A stretch of DNA of 64,000 nt from Flavobacteriaceae bacterium (GTDB taxonomy: Bacteria; Bacteroidota; Bacteroidia; Flavobacteriales; Weeksellaceae), in contig JAITMJ010000067.1 in the NCBI GenBank assembly GCA_031277475.1, forward strand, positions 2,107 through 66,106, in the 5' to 3' direction. Positions 35,185 through 44,928 of the stretch are shown piece by piece. A model generated the notes under the pieces. That model did no database searches and was not told the DNA's origin. It was given only the letters and a program-made list of their open reading frames with translations. The position numbers and the translations under genes were made by a program. How positions within the stretch are numbered: position 1 is the stretch's first letter; each line of letters starts with the position of its first letter.

Positions 35185-35480
35185 GTTCATTGTATGTCAT
35201 CATGTAGGCTAAATGCATTAAAATTTCAAATATTTTTAATAAATAAATTAAATGTATTTAATAATTGCAAAACATTTAAGTATAATTTTAACGCAAAGAG
35301 TTTTTAATCCTGAATCAAGTTCAGGACTGAAAAATGTTTTAAACGCAAAGGCGTTTTACTCAGCAACCGGAAAAATGTATTGAAAGAACGCGAGCCATTG
35401 CTAAATAAAATGCCTTTGCGTTTTCGAAAAATCCGGAAAAAATAGAAATCTTTGCGTTAAAAAAAAGACGGCAGATTAAT
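35185..35480 (+). repeat. ~295-bp interspersed repeat, copy 1 (MITE-like or structured-RNA-like)
   Basis: Collinear with 56599-56895 at roughly nine-tenths identity by eye. It has internal ACGCAAAG / CTTTGCGT inverted words and a CCTGAA..TTCAGG hairpin. This copy is bracketed by imperfect inverted ends, GGCTAAATGCATTAAAA (about 35207-35223) and TTTTAATGCGTTTAGCC (about 35485-35501). Confidence 0.85.
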
Positions 35481-35526
35481 ATTTTTTAATGCGTTTAGCC
35501 TGGTCATCATGGGCTTTATCATTATC

Positions 35527-36279
35527 TCAACTCAAAATCATTTGCGTTAAAGCAAGTTCGGAAATGATGATGAAAACCATTGTCCACACTACGGCTTGTG
35601 TACTTGCTCTGCCGACCTCCAATGCGCCGCCCGTTACGAAATATCCGAAATATGCGGGAACAGTAGCATTGATGAACGCAAAAACCACTGTTTTTATAAA
35701 TGCGTAATAAATGAAAAGATTCGGCATATACATCTGTATTCCGATGATATAATCGTTTTCCGTCCAGTTTCCGGTTAAAATCCCCGCAATATAACCACCG
35801 CCAATTCCAAACACAATACTGATGGCGATGAGCAAAGGATTAAATAAAATGCACGCGATAATTTTCGGTAAGATCAAATAATTTGCAGAGTTCACGCCCA
35901 TAATATCCAATGCATCAATTTGTTCCGTAACGCGCATTGTTCCTATACTTGATGCAATGTAAGAACCCACTTTTCCTGCCAAAATCAAACTGATAATCGT
36001 TGGTGCAAATTCCAAAACCAAAACTGCTTTTGTAGCGTATCCCACAAATGTTGTAGGAATCGGAATCGGTGAGGCGTCAAAATTATTGAACATTTGAATT
36101 GCAACCACGGCTCCCACAAATATGGACGTGAAAACCACCAATCCGAACGAGTTGGCACCCAAATCGTTGATTTCCCGCATGAACAATTTCCAAAACACCC
36201 TCATTTTTTGAGGCTTTCGAATGGACTTTCCCAACAAAATAAAATATTCGCCTATGGCTGTAAAAAATGTTTTTAACAT
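35527..36279 (-). CDS. mlaE: MlaE-family ABC transporter permease
   Basis: 250 aa, polytopic, with family-typical blocks (GANSFGLVVFTSIFVGAV, MRVTEQIDALDIMG). Confidence 0.9.
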   Translation of the reverse strand: MLKTFFTAIGEYFILLGKSIRKPQKMRVFWKLFMREINDLGANSFGLVVFTSIFVGAVVAIQMFNNFDASPIPIPTTFVGYATKAVLVLEFAPTIISLILAGKVGSYIASSIGTMRVTEQIDALDIMGVNSANYLILPKIIACILFNPLLIAISIVFGIGGGYIAGILTGNWTENDYIIGIQMYMPNLFIYYAFIKTVVFAFINATVPAYFGYFVTGGALEVGRASTQAVVWTMVFIIISELALTQMILS

Positions 36280-36437
36280 TCTGCGAAGTTAAGATTTTTT
36301 GGTTTATTACTACCTGCTTATGGTAAGCAGATTATCCAAAAATTGTATTTCTCACGCAGGAGGAATTGATATGCTAAATTAAAAATAATTAATTTTGTCC
36401 AATAAAAGTCTTTATTATTCAAGCCTAATCAAACAAA

Positions 36438-36764
36438 ATGCGAAAAACTCAAATTACCGTAGAAGTTGAACTCGATGAAAACCATATTCCCGAAAAAATA
36501 ATTTGGAACGCACAAGACGGCGGAATTGAAAAACAGGAAACCAAAGCCGCAATGATTTCCGTTTGGGACGGCAATACAAAAGAAGCATTGAGAATCGATC
36601 TTTGGACAAAAGATATGCCCGTGGATGAAATGAAACAATTTTTTCACCAGATTTTTATTTCTTTGGGAGACACCTATTTACGAGCAACCGGAGATGAAAA
36701 TATTGCAAATCGGATAGAAGAAATGGCAGAAGAATTTGCAGTAAAATCAGCAATAAAAATGTAA
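36438..36764 (+). CDS. gldC: gliding motility protein GldC
   Basis: 108 aa with VELDENHIPEKIIWNAQDGG and RIDLWTKDMPVDEMKQFFHQ, which match the conserved GldC core. Confidence 0.9.
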   Translation: MRKTQITVEVELDENHIPEKIIWNAQDGGIEKQETKAAMISVWDGNTKEALRIDLWTKDMPVDEMKQFFHQIFISLGDTYLRATGDENIANRIEEMAEEFAVKSAIKM

Positions 36765-36801
36765 TGAACAAAAATTTTGAAAAGCCAAACAAAGCACCAA
36801 A

Positions 36802-37977
36802 ATGACCCCTGATTTTTTTAAATATCAAGCCCAAACCACAAAATTCGCTTCGGGTTTTGAAGTGGAAAAAGCCGAAGGAAACTACATCTACGGAAAAAAC
36901 GGAAAAGCATATCTCGATTTTGTAGCCGGAGTTTCGGCGAATACTTTGGGGCATTCTCACCCGAAAATCGTGAACGCCATCAAAGAACAAGCGGAAAAAT
37001 ATTTGCATGTGATGGTTTACGGCGAATTTGCTCAAGAAAAACCGGTAGAATTTTGCAAACTTTTGGCAGAATCCACACCCGAACCTTTGGAAGTAACTTA
37101 TCTCGTAAATTCCGGAGCGGAGGCTGTGGACGGTGCTTTGAAATTGGCAAAACGTTTTACCGGCAGAGAAGAAATCGTTTCGATGAAAAATTCTTATCAC
37201 GGAAATACGCACGGTGCTTTGTCGGTTTCCGGAAACGAGTTTCACAAGCGGGAATTTCGTCCGCTCTTGCCGTTGGTGAATTTCATTGAATTTAATGATG
37301 AAAAAGAATTTGAAAAAATCACTGAAAAAACGGCTTGCGTGATTGCGGAAACCATTCAAGGAGCGGCAGGATTTTTAGTTCCCGATAAAAATTATTTTAA
37401 AAATTTGAAAAAACGTTGCGAAGAAACGGGCGCACTCTTGATTTTAGACGAAATTCAGCCCGGTTTCGGAAGAACGGGAAAACTTTTTGCTTTCGAGCAT
37501 TTCGGCGTGGTTCCCGATATTTTGGTGATGGGAAAAGGAATGGGCGGCGGCGTTCCTGTCGGCGCTTTTATGAGTTCGCGAAAAATTATGGAAACGCTTT
37601 CCCACAATCCGAAATTGGGACACATCACCACTTTCGGCGGAAATCCGCTGATTGCGGCAGCCGGTTTAGCCACATTGAAAGAGGTTTTGGAAAGCGGTTT
37701 GATGAATGGAATTGACGAAAAAGAACGACTGTTTCGGGAATTATTGGTTCATCCGAACATTAAAAATATCAACGGAAAAGGTTTGATGTTGGCGGTAAAT
37801 CTCGAAAATCCCGAATACACCATCGAAGTTGCAAAACGCTGTATGGAGAAAGGATTAATTGTTTTTTGGCAACTTTACCGAAACGAATATCTCAGAATTT
37901 CTCCGCCGCTAACCATAACTTTTGACGAAATCCGAAAGGGTTGCGAAATTATTTTGGAAGCGTTGGAAGAGGATTAA
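36802..37977 (+). CDS. class-III (acetylornithine/GABA-type) PLP-dependent aminotransferase
   Basis: 391 aa with LVNSGAEAVDGALKLA, ILDEIQPGFGRTG and the PLP-Lys context VMGKGMGGG. Confidence 0.9.
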   Translation: MTPDFFKYQAQTTKFASGFEVEKAEGNYIYGKNGKAYLDFVAGVSANTLGHSHPKIVNAIKEQAEKYLHVMVYGEFAQEKPVEFCKLLAESTPEPLEVTYLVNSGAEAVDGALKLAKRFTGREEIVSMKNSYHGNTHGALSVSGNEFHKREFRPLLPLVNFIEFNDEKEFEKITEKTACVIAETIQGAAGFLVPDKNYFKNLKKRCEETGALLILDEIQPGFGRTGKLFAFEHFGVVPDILVMGKGMGGGVPVGAFMSSRKIMETLSHNPKLGHITTFGGNPLIAAAGLATLKEVLESGLMNGIDEKERLFRELLVHPNIKNINGKGLMLAVNLENPEYTIEVAKRCMEKGLIVFWQLYRNEYLRISPPLTITFDEIRKGCEIILEALEED

Positions 37978-38030
37978 ATTATACAAAAACGAGATGTTCC
38001 GTTGATATCAAATCGGCTAAAGACAAAAAA

Positions 38031-38050
38031 ACCGCCCATAATCGGGCGGT
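38031..38050. terminator. bidirectional rho-independent terminator between the aminotransferase gene and rpoB
   Basis: Stem ACCGCCC / GGGCGGT with loop ATAATC. An A-run lies on the left (a T7 run on the minus strand, after rpoB) and TTTT on the right. Confidence 0.75.
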
Positions 38051-38087
38051 TTTCCATTATTAAAAATTATCAATTTATGATTCAAAT

Positions 38088-41000
38088 TTATTCCTCCAAT
38101 CTCACATCCAATCCCAAACCTTGCAATTCGTGGAGCAATACGTTGAAGGATTCCGGAATACCCGGCTCCGGCATCGCTTCGCCTTTGGCAATGGCTTCGT
38201 AGGTTTTGGCTCTGCCGACTACATCATCCGATTTTACGGTCAAAATTTCGCGTAAAATATTCGATGCACCGAACGCTTCAAGTGCCCAAACTTCCATTTC
38301 CCCAAATCTCTGTCCGCCGAATTGCGCTTTTCCGCCCAAAGGTTGCTGCGTGATCAATGAATACGGACCGATAGAACGCGCGTGCATTTTGTCGTCCACC
38401 ATGTGTCCGAGTTTCATCATATAAATCATTCCGACTGTTGCGGGTTGCGTAAATCTTTCGCCGCTTCCGCCGTCGTAAAGATAGGTGTTTCCGAATTTCG
38501 GAAGTTCGGCTTCATCGGTGTAATCGGTGATTTGGTCGAGGTTTGCGCCGTCAAAAATCGGTGTGGAAAATTTCACGCCCAATTTATGACCTGCCCAGCC
38601 GAGAACGGTTTCGTATATCTGTCCGATGTTCATACGCGAAGGCACGCCAAGCGGATTGAGAACGATGTCCACCGGAGTTCCGTCTTCCAAAAACGGCATA
38701 TCTTCTTCGCGCACAATTCTTGAAACGATACCTTTGTTTCCGTGTCTTCCCGCCATTTTATCGCCCACGTTCAACTTACGTTTTTTTGCGATATAAACTT
38801 TCGCCAATTTCATAATGCCCGCAGGAAGTTCATCGCCGATGGAAATCGCAAATTTTTCGCGATTTTTCATACCTTGAATATCGTTGTATTTTATTTTATA
38901 ATTGTGAATGAGCTGTTTAATCAATTCATTTTTATCGTCGTCCAACGTCCAATCGGAGCCGTTGATGTTCACATAATCTTCGATGGATTGCAGCAATTTT
39001 AAGGTGAATTTCACGCCTTTTCCGATGATTTCTTCGTTCAAATCGTTTTTCACGATTTGCGAAGTTTTTCCGTTGACGAGTGTCATCAATTTTTCGATGA
39101 GGGTATTTCTCAAATCATCGAATTTCACTTTGTAAGCACTTTCCACTTGTTCGAGTTTCACTTTTTCTTCGGCTCTTTTCTTTTTATCTTTAAAGTTTCT
39201 GGAAAAGAGTTTTTTGTCCACCACAACGCCTCTCAACGAGGAATCTGCTTTCAGCGAAGCGTCTTTCACATCGCCGGCTTTGTCGCCAAAAATGGCTCTC
39301 AACAATTTTTCTTCCGGCGTAGGATCGGATTCTCCTTTCGGCGTGATTTTACCAATCATTATATCTCCCGGATTCACTTCCGCTCCGATACGAATCATTC
39401 CGTGTTCGTCCAAATCTTTCGTGGCTTCTTCGGAAACATTCGGAATATCGGAGGTCAATTCTTCCATTCCCAATTTGGTATCGCGAACTTCCAAAGAATA
39501 TTCGTCCACATGAATTGAGGTGAACCAATCTTCGCGCACTACTTTTTCATTAATCACAATCGCATCCTCAAAATTGTAGCCTTTCCATGGCATAAATGCT
39601 ACGACGAGATTTCTTCCGAGTGCCAATTCGCCGTTTTCGGTAGCGTATCCGTCGCAAAGCACTTGACCTTCCACAACATTGTCGCCCACTTTCACATTCG
39701 GACGCAAGGTGATGGTCGTGCTTTGGTTGGTTTTTCTGAATTTCGGGAGGTTATAAGTTTTCGTGGCAGATTCAAACGAAACCAAATCTTCGTCTTCATT
39801 TCTGTCGTACTTAATGATGATTTTATCGGCATCTACATATTCCACAACTCCGTTTCCTTCGGCGTTAATCAACACTCTGGAATCTTTTGCCACTTGTTTT
39901 TCAAGTCCGGTTCCCACAATCGGCGTTTGAGGTTTCAGCAGCGGAACGGCTTGCCGCATCATATTGGAACCCATCAATGCGCGGTTGGCATCGTCGTGTT
40001 CCAAAAATGGAATTAATGAAGCCGAAATTCCGGAAATTTGATTCGGAGCCACGTCCATTAAATCTACTTGTTGAGGTTCGACTACGGGATAATCTCCGTC
40101 TAATCTCGCAATAATTCTGTCGGTTTCAAATTCGCCTTTATCGTTCAAATCTACGTTTGCTTGGGCGATTACTTTTTCTTCTTCGTCTTCCGCGTTCAGA
40201 TAAATCGGTTCGGATTTCAGGTTCACTTTTCCGTGATCTACTTTTCTGTACGGCGTTTCGATGAAACCGAGATCGTTTATTTTCGCATACATTCCCAAAG
40301 AGGAAATCAAACCGATGTTCGGACCTTCCGGCGTTTCTATCGGGCAAATTCTTCCGTAGTGCGTGTGGTGAACGTCTCGAACTTCAAATCCGGCTCTTTC
40401 TCTGGACAAACCGCCCGGACCGAGTGCGGACAATCTTCTTTTGTGCGTGATTTCGGACAGCGGATTGGTTTGATCCATAAATTGCGAAAGTTGATTCGTT
40501 CCGAAAAATGAGTTGATTACGGAAGTCAAAGTTTTCGCGTTCACCAAATCCAAAGGTGTAAAAATTTCGTTGTCGCGAACGTTCATTCTTTCTTTGATGG
40601 TTCTGGCGATTCTGGAAAGCCCGACTCCGAATTGTCCTGCCAATTGTTCGCCGACTGTTTTAATTCTTCTGTTGGAAAGGTGGTCAATATCATCTACTTC
40701 CGCTTTGGAATTGACGAGTTCTATCAAATGTCTTACGATGGCGATGATGTCTTCTTTTGTAAGAACTTCGGTAGTTTTAGGCGTGTTTAATCCTAATTTT
40801 TTATTGATTCTGTATCGCCCGACTTCGCCCAAAGAATATCTTTGTTCGGAGAAAAACAGTTTTTCGATGATGCCTCTTGCGGTTTCTTCGTCCGGCGGAT
40901 CGGCGTTTCGGAGTTGTCTGTAAATATATTCTACCGCTTCTTTTTCGGAATTGGTAGGGTCTTTTTGCAATGTATTTTGGATGATGGAAAATTCGCTGGA

Positions 41001-41996
41001 ATTTTCTTTGTGAATTAAAATAGATTTCACGCCGGAATCCAAAATAAGGTCTAAATGTTCTTTTTCGAGGATGGTTTCTCTATCTAAAATAATTTCATTT
41101 CTTTCGATGGAAACCACTTCGCCGGTATCTTCGTCCACAAAATCTTCAAACCAAGTGTTCAAAACTCTCGCCGCCAATGTTTTTCCTTCGGCTTTTTTCA
41201 GCGTTGCTTTGGAAACTTTGAGTTCTTCCGCGAGGTCGAAAATTTGGAGAATATCTTTGTCGGATTCGTAGCCGATTGCTCTTAATAAAGTGGTCAGCGG
41301 TAATTTTTTCTTACGGTCGATGTAGGCATACATCACGTTGTTGATATCCGTAGTAAATTCCATCCACGAGCCTTTGAACGGGATAATTCTGGAATAATAA
41401 AGTTTGGTTCCGTTTGTGTGGTAAGTTTGCCCGAAAAATACGCCCGGAGAACGGTGAAGTTGCGTTACGATTACTCTTTCCGCACCGTTGATGATGAAAG
41501 ATCCGCTCGGCGTCATATAAGGAACCGGACCCATATATACGTCTGTAACCACAGTTTGAAAATCTTCGTGTTCCGGATCTGTGCAATAGAGTTTCAATCT
41601 TGCTTTCAAGGGAACGGAATAGGTCAGCCCTCTTTCCACACATTCTGCGATGGTGTAGCGCGGAGAATCTATCAGATAATCCATAAATTCCAAAACGAAT
41701 TGGTTTCTGGAATCGGAAATCGGGAAATTTTCTTGAAACGTTTTGTAAAGACCTTCCTTTTTTCGGTCTTCCGGAAGCGTGTCTAATTGGAAAAACTCTT
41801 TAAAAGATTTGATTTGAATGTCCAAAAAATCCGGAGGCAAGATTTTTCCTTTTGCCGTAGAAAAATTAATTCTTTGGGTTTGTTGAACCTTTGGCGTTTT
41901 CGGAGTTTTTTCTGTTTTTGAAACCTTCTCAACTTTCGGAGTTTTCTCAACCTTTGGTGTTTTTTCGGTTTTTGAAGTTTTTGCTTTCGTGCTCAT
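38088..41996 (-). CDS. rpoB: DNA-directed RNA polymerase subunit beta
   Basis: 1302 aa with highly conserved RpoB blocks throughout ([46 protein letters not shown]-like [32 protein letters not shown]). About 35 extra Lys-rich residues sit at the N-terminus. Confidence 0.98.
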   Translation of the reverse strand: MSTKAKTSKTEKTPKVEKTPKVEKVSKTEKTPKTPKVQQTQRINFSTAKGKILPPDFLDIQIKSFKEFFQLDTLPEDRKKEGLYKTFQENFPISDSRNQFVLEFMDYLIDSPRYTIAECVERGLTYSVPLKARLKLYCTDPEHEDFQTVVTDVYMGPVPYMTPSGSFIINGAERVIVTQLHRSPGVFFGQTYHTNGTKLYYSRIIPFKGSWMEFTTDINNVMYAYIDRKKKLPLTTLLRAIGYESDKDILQIFDLAEELKVSKATLKKAEGKTLAARVLNTWFEDFVDEDTGEVVSIERNEIILDRETILEKEHLDLILDSGVKSILIHKENSSEFSIIQNTLQKDPTNSEKEAVEYIYRQLRNADPPDEETARGIIEKLFFSEQRYSLGEVGRYRINKKLGLNTPKTTEVLTKEDIIAIVRHLIELVNSKAEVDDIDHLSNRRIKTVGEQLAGQFGVGLSRIARTIKERMNVRDNEIFTPLDLVNAKTLTSVINSFFGTNQLSQFMDQTNPLSEITHKRRLSALGPGGLSRERAGFEVRDVHHTHYGRICPIETPEGPNIGLISSLGMYAKINDLGFIETPYRKVDHGKVNLKSEPIYLNAEDEEEKVIAQANVDLNDKGEFETDRIIARLDGDYPVVEPQQVDLMDVAPNQISGISASLIPFLEHDDANRALMGSNMMRQAVPLLKPQTPIVGTGLEKQVAKDSRVLINAEGNGVVEYVDADKIIIKYDRNEDEDLVSFESATKTYNLPKFRKTNQSTTITLRPNVKVGDNVVEGQVLCDGYATENGELALGRNLVVAFMPWKGYNFEDAIVINEKVVREDWFTSIHVDEYSLEVRDTKLGMEELTSDIPNVSEEATKDLDEHGMIRIGAEVNPGDIMIGKITPKGESDPTPEEKLLRAIFGDKAGDVKDASLKADSSLRGVVVDKKLFSRNFKDKKKRAEEKVKLEQVESAYKVKFDDLRNTLIEKLMTLVNGKTSQIVKNDLNEEIIGKGVKFTLKLLQSIEDYVNINGSDWTLDDDKNELIKQLIHNYKIKYNDIQGMKNREKFAISIGDELPAGIMKLAKVYIAKKRKLNVGDKMAGRHGNKGIVSRIVREEDMPFLEDGTPVDIVLNPLGVPSRMNIGQIYETVLGWAGHKLGVKFSTPIFDGANLDQITDYTDEAELPKFGNTYLYDGGSGERFTQPATVGMIYMMKLGHMVDDKMHARSIGPYSLITQQPLGGKAQFGGQRFGEMEVWALEAFGASNILREILTVKSDDVVGRAKTYEAIAKGEAMPEPGIPESFNVLLHELQGLGLDVRLEE

Positions 41997-42204
41997 AAAT
42001 ATGGTTTGAAACGGGTTTAAATTTTATTTAATGAAACCGAGAATGTGGGCAATAAAAAAGACGCCGGAAAAAATCCGTTGCAATTTAAGTCTTTAATTTT
42101 TTTGCTTTAATCTCAAAGTTTTTTAATCTTTATGACTTCTAATTGCAACACCGATATATCTTTTCACAGCGTAGTGCAAAATTTCTTTTCTAAAAAAAGA
42201 GGTG

Positions 42205-42235
42205 CAAAGGTATGTATAATTTTTGGAATGTGCAA
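42205..42235 (-). promoter_or_regulatory. Bacteroidota sigma-A promoter for rpoB (-33 TTG, 20-nt spacer, -7 TACCTTTG)
   Basis: The minus strand reads TTGCACATTCCAAAAATTATACATACCTTTGCAC. The -7 box is at 42205-42212 and the TTG at 42233-42235, about 210 nt upstream of the ATG. Confidence 0.5.
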
Positions 42236-42295
42236 AAAAATATGAGATGCAAATCCCGAATTGCGAAGTTATGAGGTTTATGAGAATTTCGTAAT

Positions 42296-42997
42296 TCAAA
42301 AAACGTTTTTCACGAACCTCAATTTGTGCGTGTGCCGATTCAGTTCTTTATTAAAAATTCCGGTGCTGTCCAAAATATCAATTCTTACTTTTCCGAAATT
42401 ATGTATAATTTGCTGATTTTCAAGTGCAATACCAACGTGAATGACATCGCCGTTTTCATTTTCAAAAAAAGCCAAATCGCCGGATTTACTTTCTTCCACG
42501 AAATATAAAACTTCGCCTGTTTCCGCCAATTTTTCCGGAAATCTCGGCAAAGCGATGCCGTGAATTTTGTAAACCAACTGCACAAAACCTGCGGAATCTG
42601 TCCCAAAAAAACTTCTTCCGCCGGAAAGAAACGGAACGTTCAAAAATTTTCTTGCCGTTTCTGCGATGCTTTGTCGAAGATTATTTTTATCGGCAAATTT
42701 TTCAGTCGGAAAATCTACTTCCGAGCCGATAGACAAAAGCGTTTTTCCATCTTTTAAATCGAATATTCCGAAAGATTGCTCTACCAAAAATTGCTCCGAA
42801 GTTTGCGGATTTTTTTTCAAAAGTTGAGAATTTATCCAGCCTTCGGTTTCGTCGAAATCCGTAATTATTTTACTGAAATTTCCGTTGGTTTCTTGCACTT
42901 TACAGGTTTCTCCGTAAAGCATTTGCGAAATCATTTCGGATTTTTCGCAGGGTTCTTTTTTAATGGCGGCAACGCTTACGCAGCATTTTGTATTCAT
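42296..42997 (-). CDS. NlpC/P60 (C40) family protein with N-terminal SH3b-like domain
   Basis: 233 aa with an NlpC/P60-like core GTDSAGFVQLVY ... GDLAFF ... HVGIAL. Ser occupies the expected position of the nucleophilic Cys (see findings). Confidence 0.8.
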   Translation of the reverse strand: MNTKCCVSVAAIKKEPCEKSEMISQMLYGETCKVQETNGNFSKIITDFDETEGWINSQLLKKNPQTSEQFLVEQSFGIFDLKDGKTLLSIGSEVDFPTEKFADKNNLRQSIAETARKFLNVPFLSGGRSFFGTDSAGFVQLVYKIHGIALPRFPEKLAETGEVLYFVEESKSGDLAFFENENGDVIHVGIALENQQIIHNFGKVRIDILDSTGIFNKELNRHTHKLRFVKNVF

Positions 42998-43069
42998 GTA
43001 TTAAAAAATTCAAAGATTTAAAGATTTAAAATTATCACATTACCTAATTTACCGCATTTTCAAACTCCC

Positions 43070-43717
43070 TCATTTCCTGCGAATCAGATTAATTCCGTCT
43101 CGCAAAGGTAGAATAAGATTTTCAAAATCCGGGTCTTTTGCAATAATATCGTTGAGTTCTTTGATGATTTTCGTGGATTTTTGCTTCGGGTTTTCTTCTA
43201 AAATATTTCCGTGCCAAAGCACATTATCAAACAAAATCACAGAACCTGTCGCGGTTTTCGGTTTAATTAATTTAAAATATTCCACATAATTTTCTTTGTC
43301 GGCATCAATGAAAATCAAATCAAAAATCTCGTCGGTTTCTTTCAGAAAATCTGCGGCATTTTGAATTTTAAACCGAATTTTATCGGAATATTCGCTTTCG
43401 GCAAAATATTTTTTGGGCAAAAACGCCAAATCTTCGTTGATGTCTAAAGTGGTCAATTTTCCGTTTTTTCGCAAACCTTCAGCCAAACAAAGCGCGGAAT
43501 AACCGGTAAAAGTTCCGATTTCCAAAATATTTTCAGGTTGCAAAATTTTAGAAATTATCGCCAAAAATCTTCCCTGCTGAAGCCCCGAAATCATTCGCGA
43601 ATGTGTGGTTTTTTGGAAAGTTTCTTTTCTCAATTTCTTCAAAAGCGGCGGTTCTTCGGAAGTGTGAAGTTCCAAATAGTGGTCGATTTCCGGATTTTGT
43701 TCTTCAAAAAAACTCAT
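43070..43717 (-). CDS. class I SAM-dependent O-methyltransferase (caffeoyl-CoA OMT-like)
   Basis: 215 aa with SAM motif ILEIGTFTGYSALCLA and FDLIFIDADKENY. Confidence 0.85.
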   Translation of the reverse strand: MSFFEEQNPEIDHYLELHTSEEPPLLKKLRKETFQKTTHSRMISGLQQGRFLAIISKILQPENILEIGTFTGYSALCLAEGLRKNGKLTTLDINEDLAFLPKKYFAESEYSDKIRFKIQNAADFLKETDEIFDLIFIDADKENYVEYFKLIKPKTATGSVILFDNVLWHGNILEENPKQKSTKIIKELNDIIAKDPDFENLILPLRDGINLIRRK

Positions 43718-43746
43718 TTAATTTACAGTTCCTAAAATTTTGCAAG

Positions 43747-44748
43747 CTACAAATCCACAAACTTTTTAAAATCTTCAATTGTAGTTTCGAGGTTTTTGAA
43801 ATATTTTCCGCCGGCAGCGTTGATATGTCCGCCTCCGTTGAAATATTTTCTCGAAAATTGGTTCACATCGGTGTCGTCATCTTTGCTTCGGAAAGAAATT
43901 TTTATAAAATTTTCATACAAATCTTCCATAAAAAATGCAGACATTTTCACGCCGGAAATGCTGAGTCCATAATTCACAAAACCTTCCGTATCGCCTTTTT
44001 CAAAACCAAAATTTTTCAATTCTTCTCGCGTGAGAAAAAGAATGGCAACTTCACCGTTTTTCACCACTTCGATTCTTCCCAAAACCAATGCCAGAAGGTG
44101 CATTCGCGAAATACTGTTCGTGTCCCAAGTATCGGAAGAAATTTTTGCGGGATCGGCACCTTTTTCTATCAATTTTGCTACGATTTTATGCGTTTCTGCG
44201 CTTGTAGAGCGAAATCTGAAACCGCCGGTGTCCGTCATAATTCCGGTGTACAAACATTCCGCCGCGTCAAAATTAATCAAATGTTCTTCGCCCAATTTTT
44301 CGATGAAATGATAAACCATTTGGCAAGTTGCCGGAATAGAAATATCGGAATACACAAAATCAAATTTATCCGGTTGCTGGTGATGATCTATCAAGATTTT
44401 TTTTCCTTTTGACTTGTCAATCCAAGGGGCGACGAGATTTCCGCTTCGGTGCGAGGCGTTGAAATCCAGAATAAAAATCACATCTGCATTGCCGATAGTT
44501 TCCCTCGCTTTTGCTCTTTTGTAATCGGCGATTGTGATTTTTCTTGCATCGGGCATCCATTTTAGAAATTTCGGAAAATCGTTCGGAACGACGACTTCCG
44601 CTTCCAAACCTTTGGCGGCGAGAAAATGTTTTAAACCGAGCGAACTTCCGATGGCATCGCCGTCCGGATTGTAATGCGTGAGAATGATGATTTTGTTTTT
44701 GGGGTTTAATAAACTTCTGATTTCCGAAAATTCGGCGGCGTTGAACAT
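43747..44748 (-). CDS. DHH-family phosphoesterase (NrnA-like oligoribonuclease / pAp phosphatase)
   Basis: 333 aa with NPDGDAIGS, ILIDHHQ (DHH) and the DHHA1 motif GGGHINAAGG. Confidence 0.85.
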   Translation of the reverse strand: MFNAAEFSEIRSLLNPKNKIIILTHYNPDGDAIGSSLGLKHFLAAKGLEAEVVVPNDFPKFLKWMPDARKITIADYKRAKARETIGNADVIFILDFNASHRSGNLVAPWIDKSKGKKILIDHHQQPDKFDFVYSDISIPATCQMVYHFIEKLGEEHLINFDAAECLYTGIMTDTGGFRFRSTSAETHKIVAKLIEKGADPAKISSDTWDTNSISRMHLLALVLGRIEVVKNGEVAILFLTREELKNFGFEKGDTEGFVNYGLSISGVKMSAFFMEDLYENFIKISFRSKDDDTDVNQFSRKYFNGGGHINAAGGKYFKNLETTIEDFKKFVDL

Positions 44749-44928
44749 TTTGTTGATTTTAAACTAAGATTTTCGGCAAAGATACCAAAGGAAATTCAAT
44801 ATCACCAACCAAACTTGCAAATCCCCGCCAAAATTTGTAATTTTACAACGTGTTTTTTTCATTAATTAAAAACATCAGAGATAAAAAGTCTTTTGTCTCG
44901 TGTCTCAAATCTTTAAGTCTAAACCATT

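Noticed and set aside
44749-44928. Looked for a glycine riboswitch in the gcvP leader
   Set aside because: I saw none of the conserved glycine-aptamer elements (GGAGAG ... CACCG type cores) in the 180-nt spacer.
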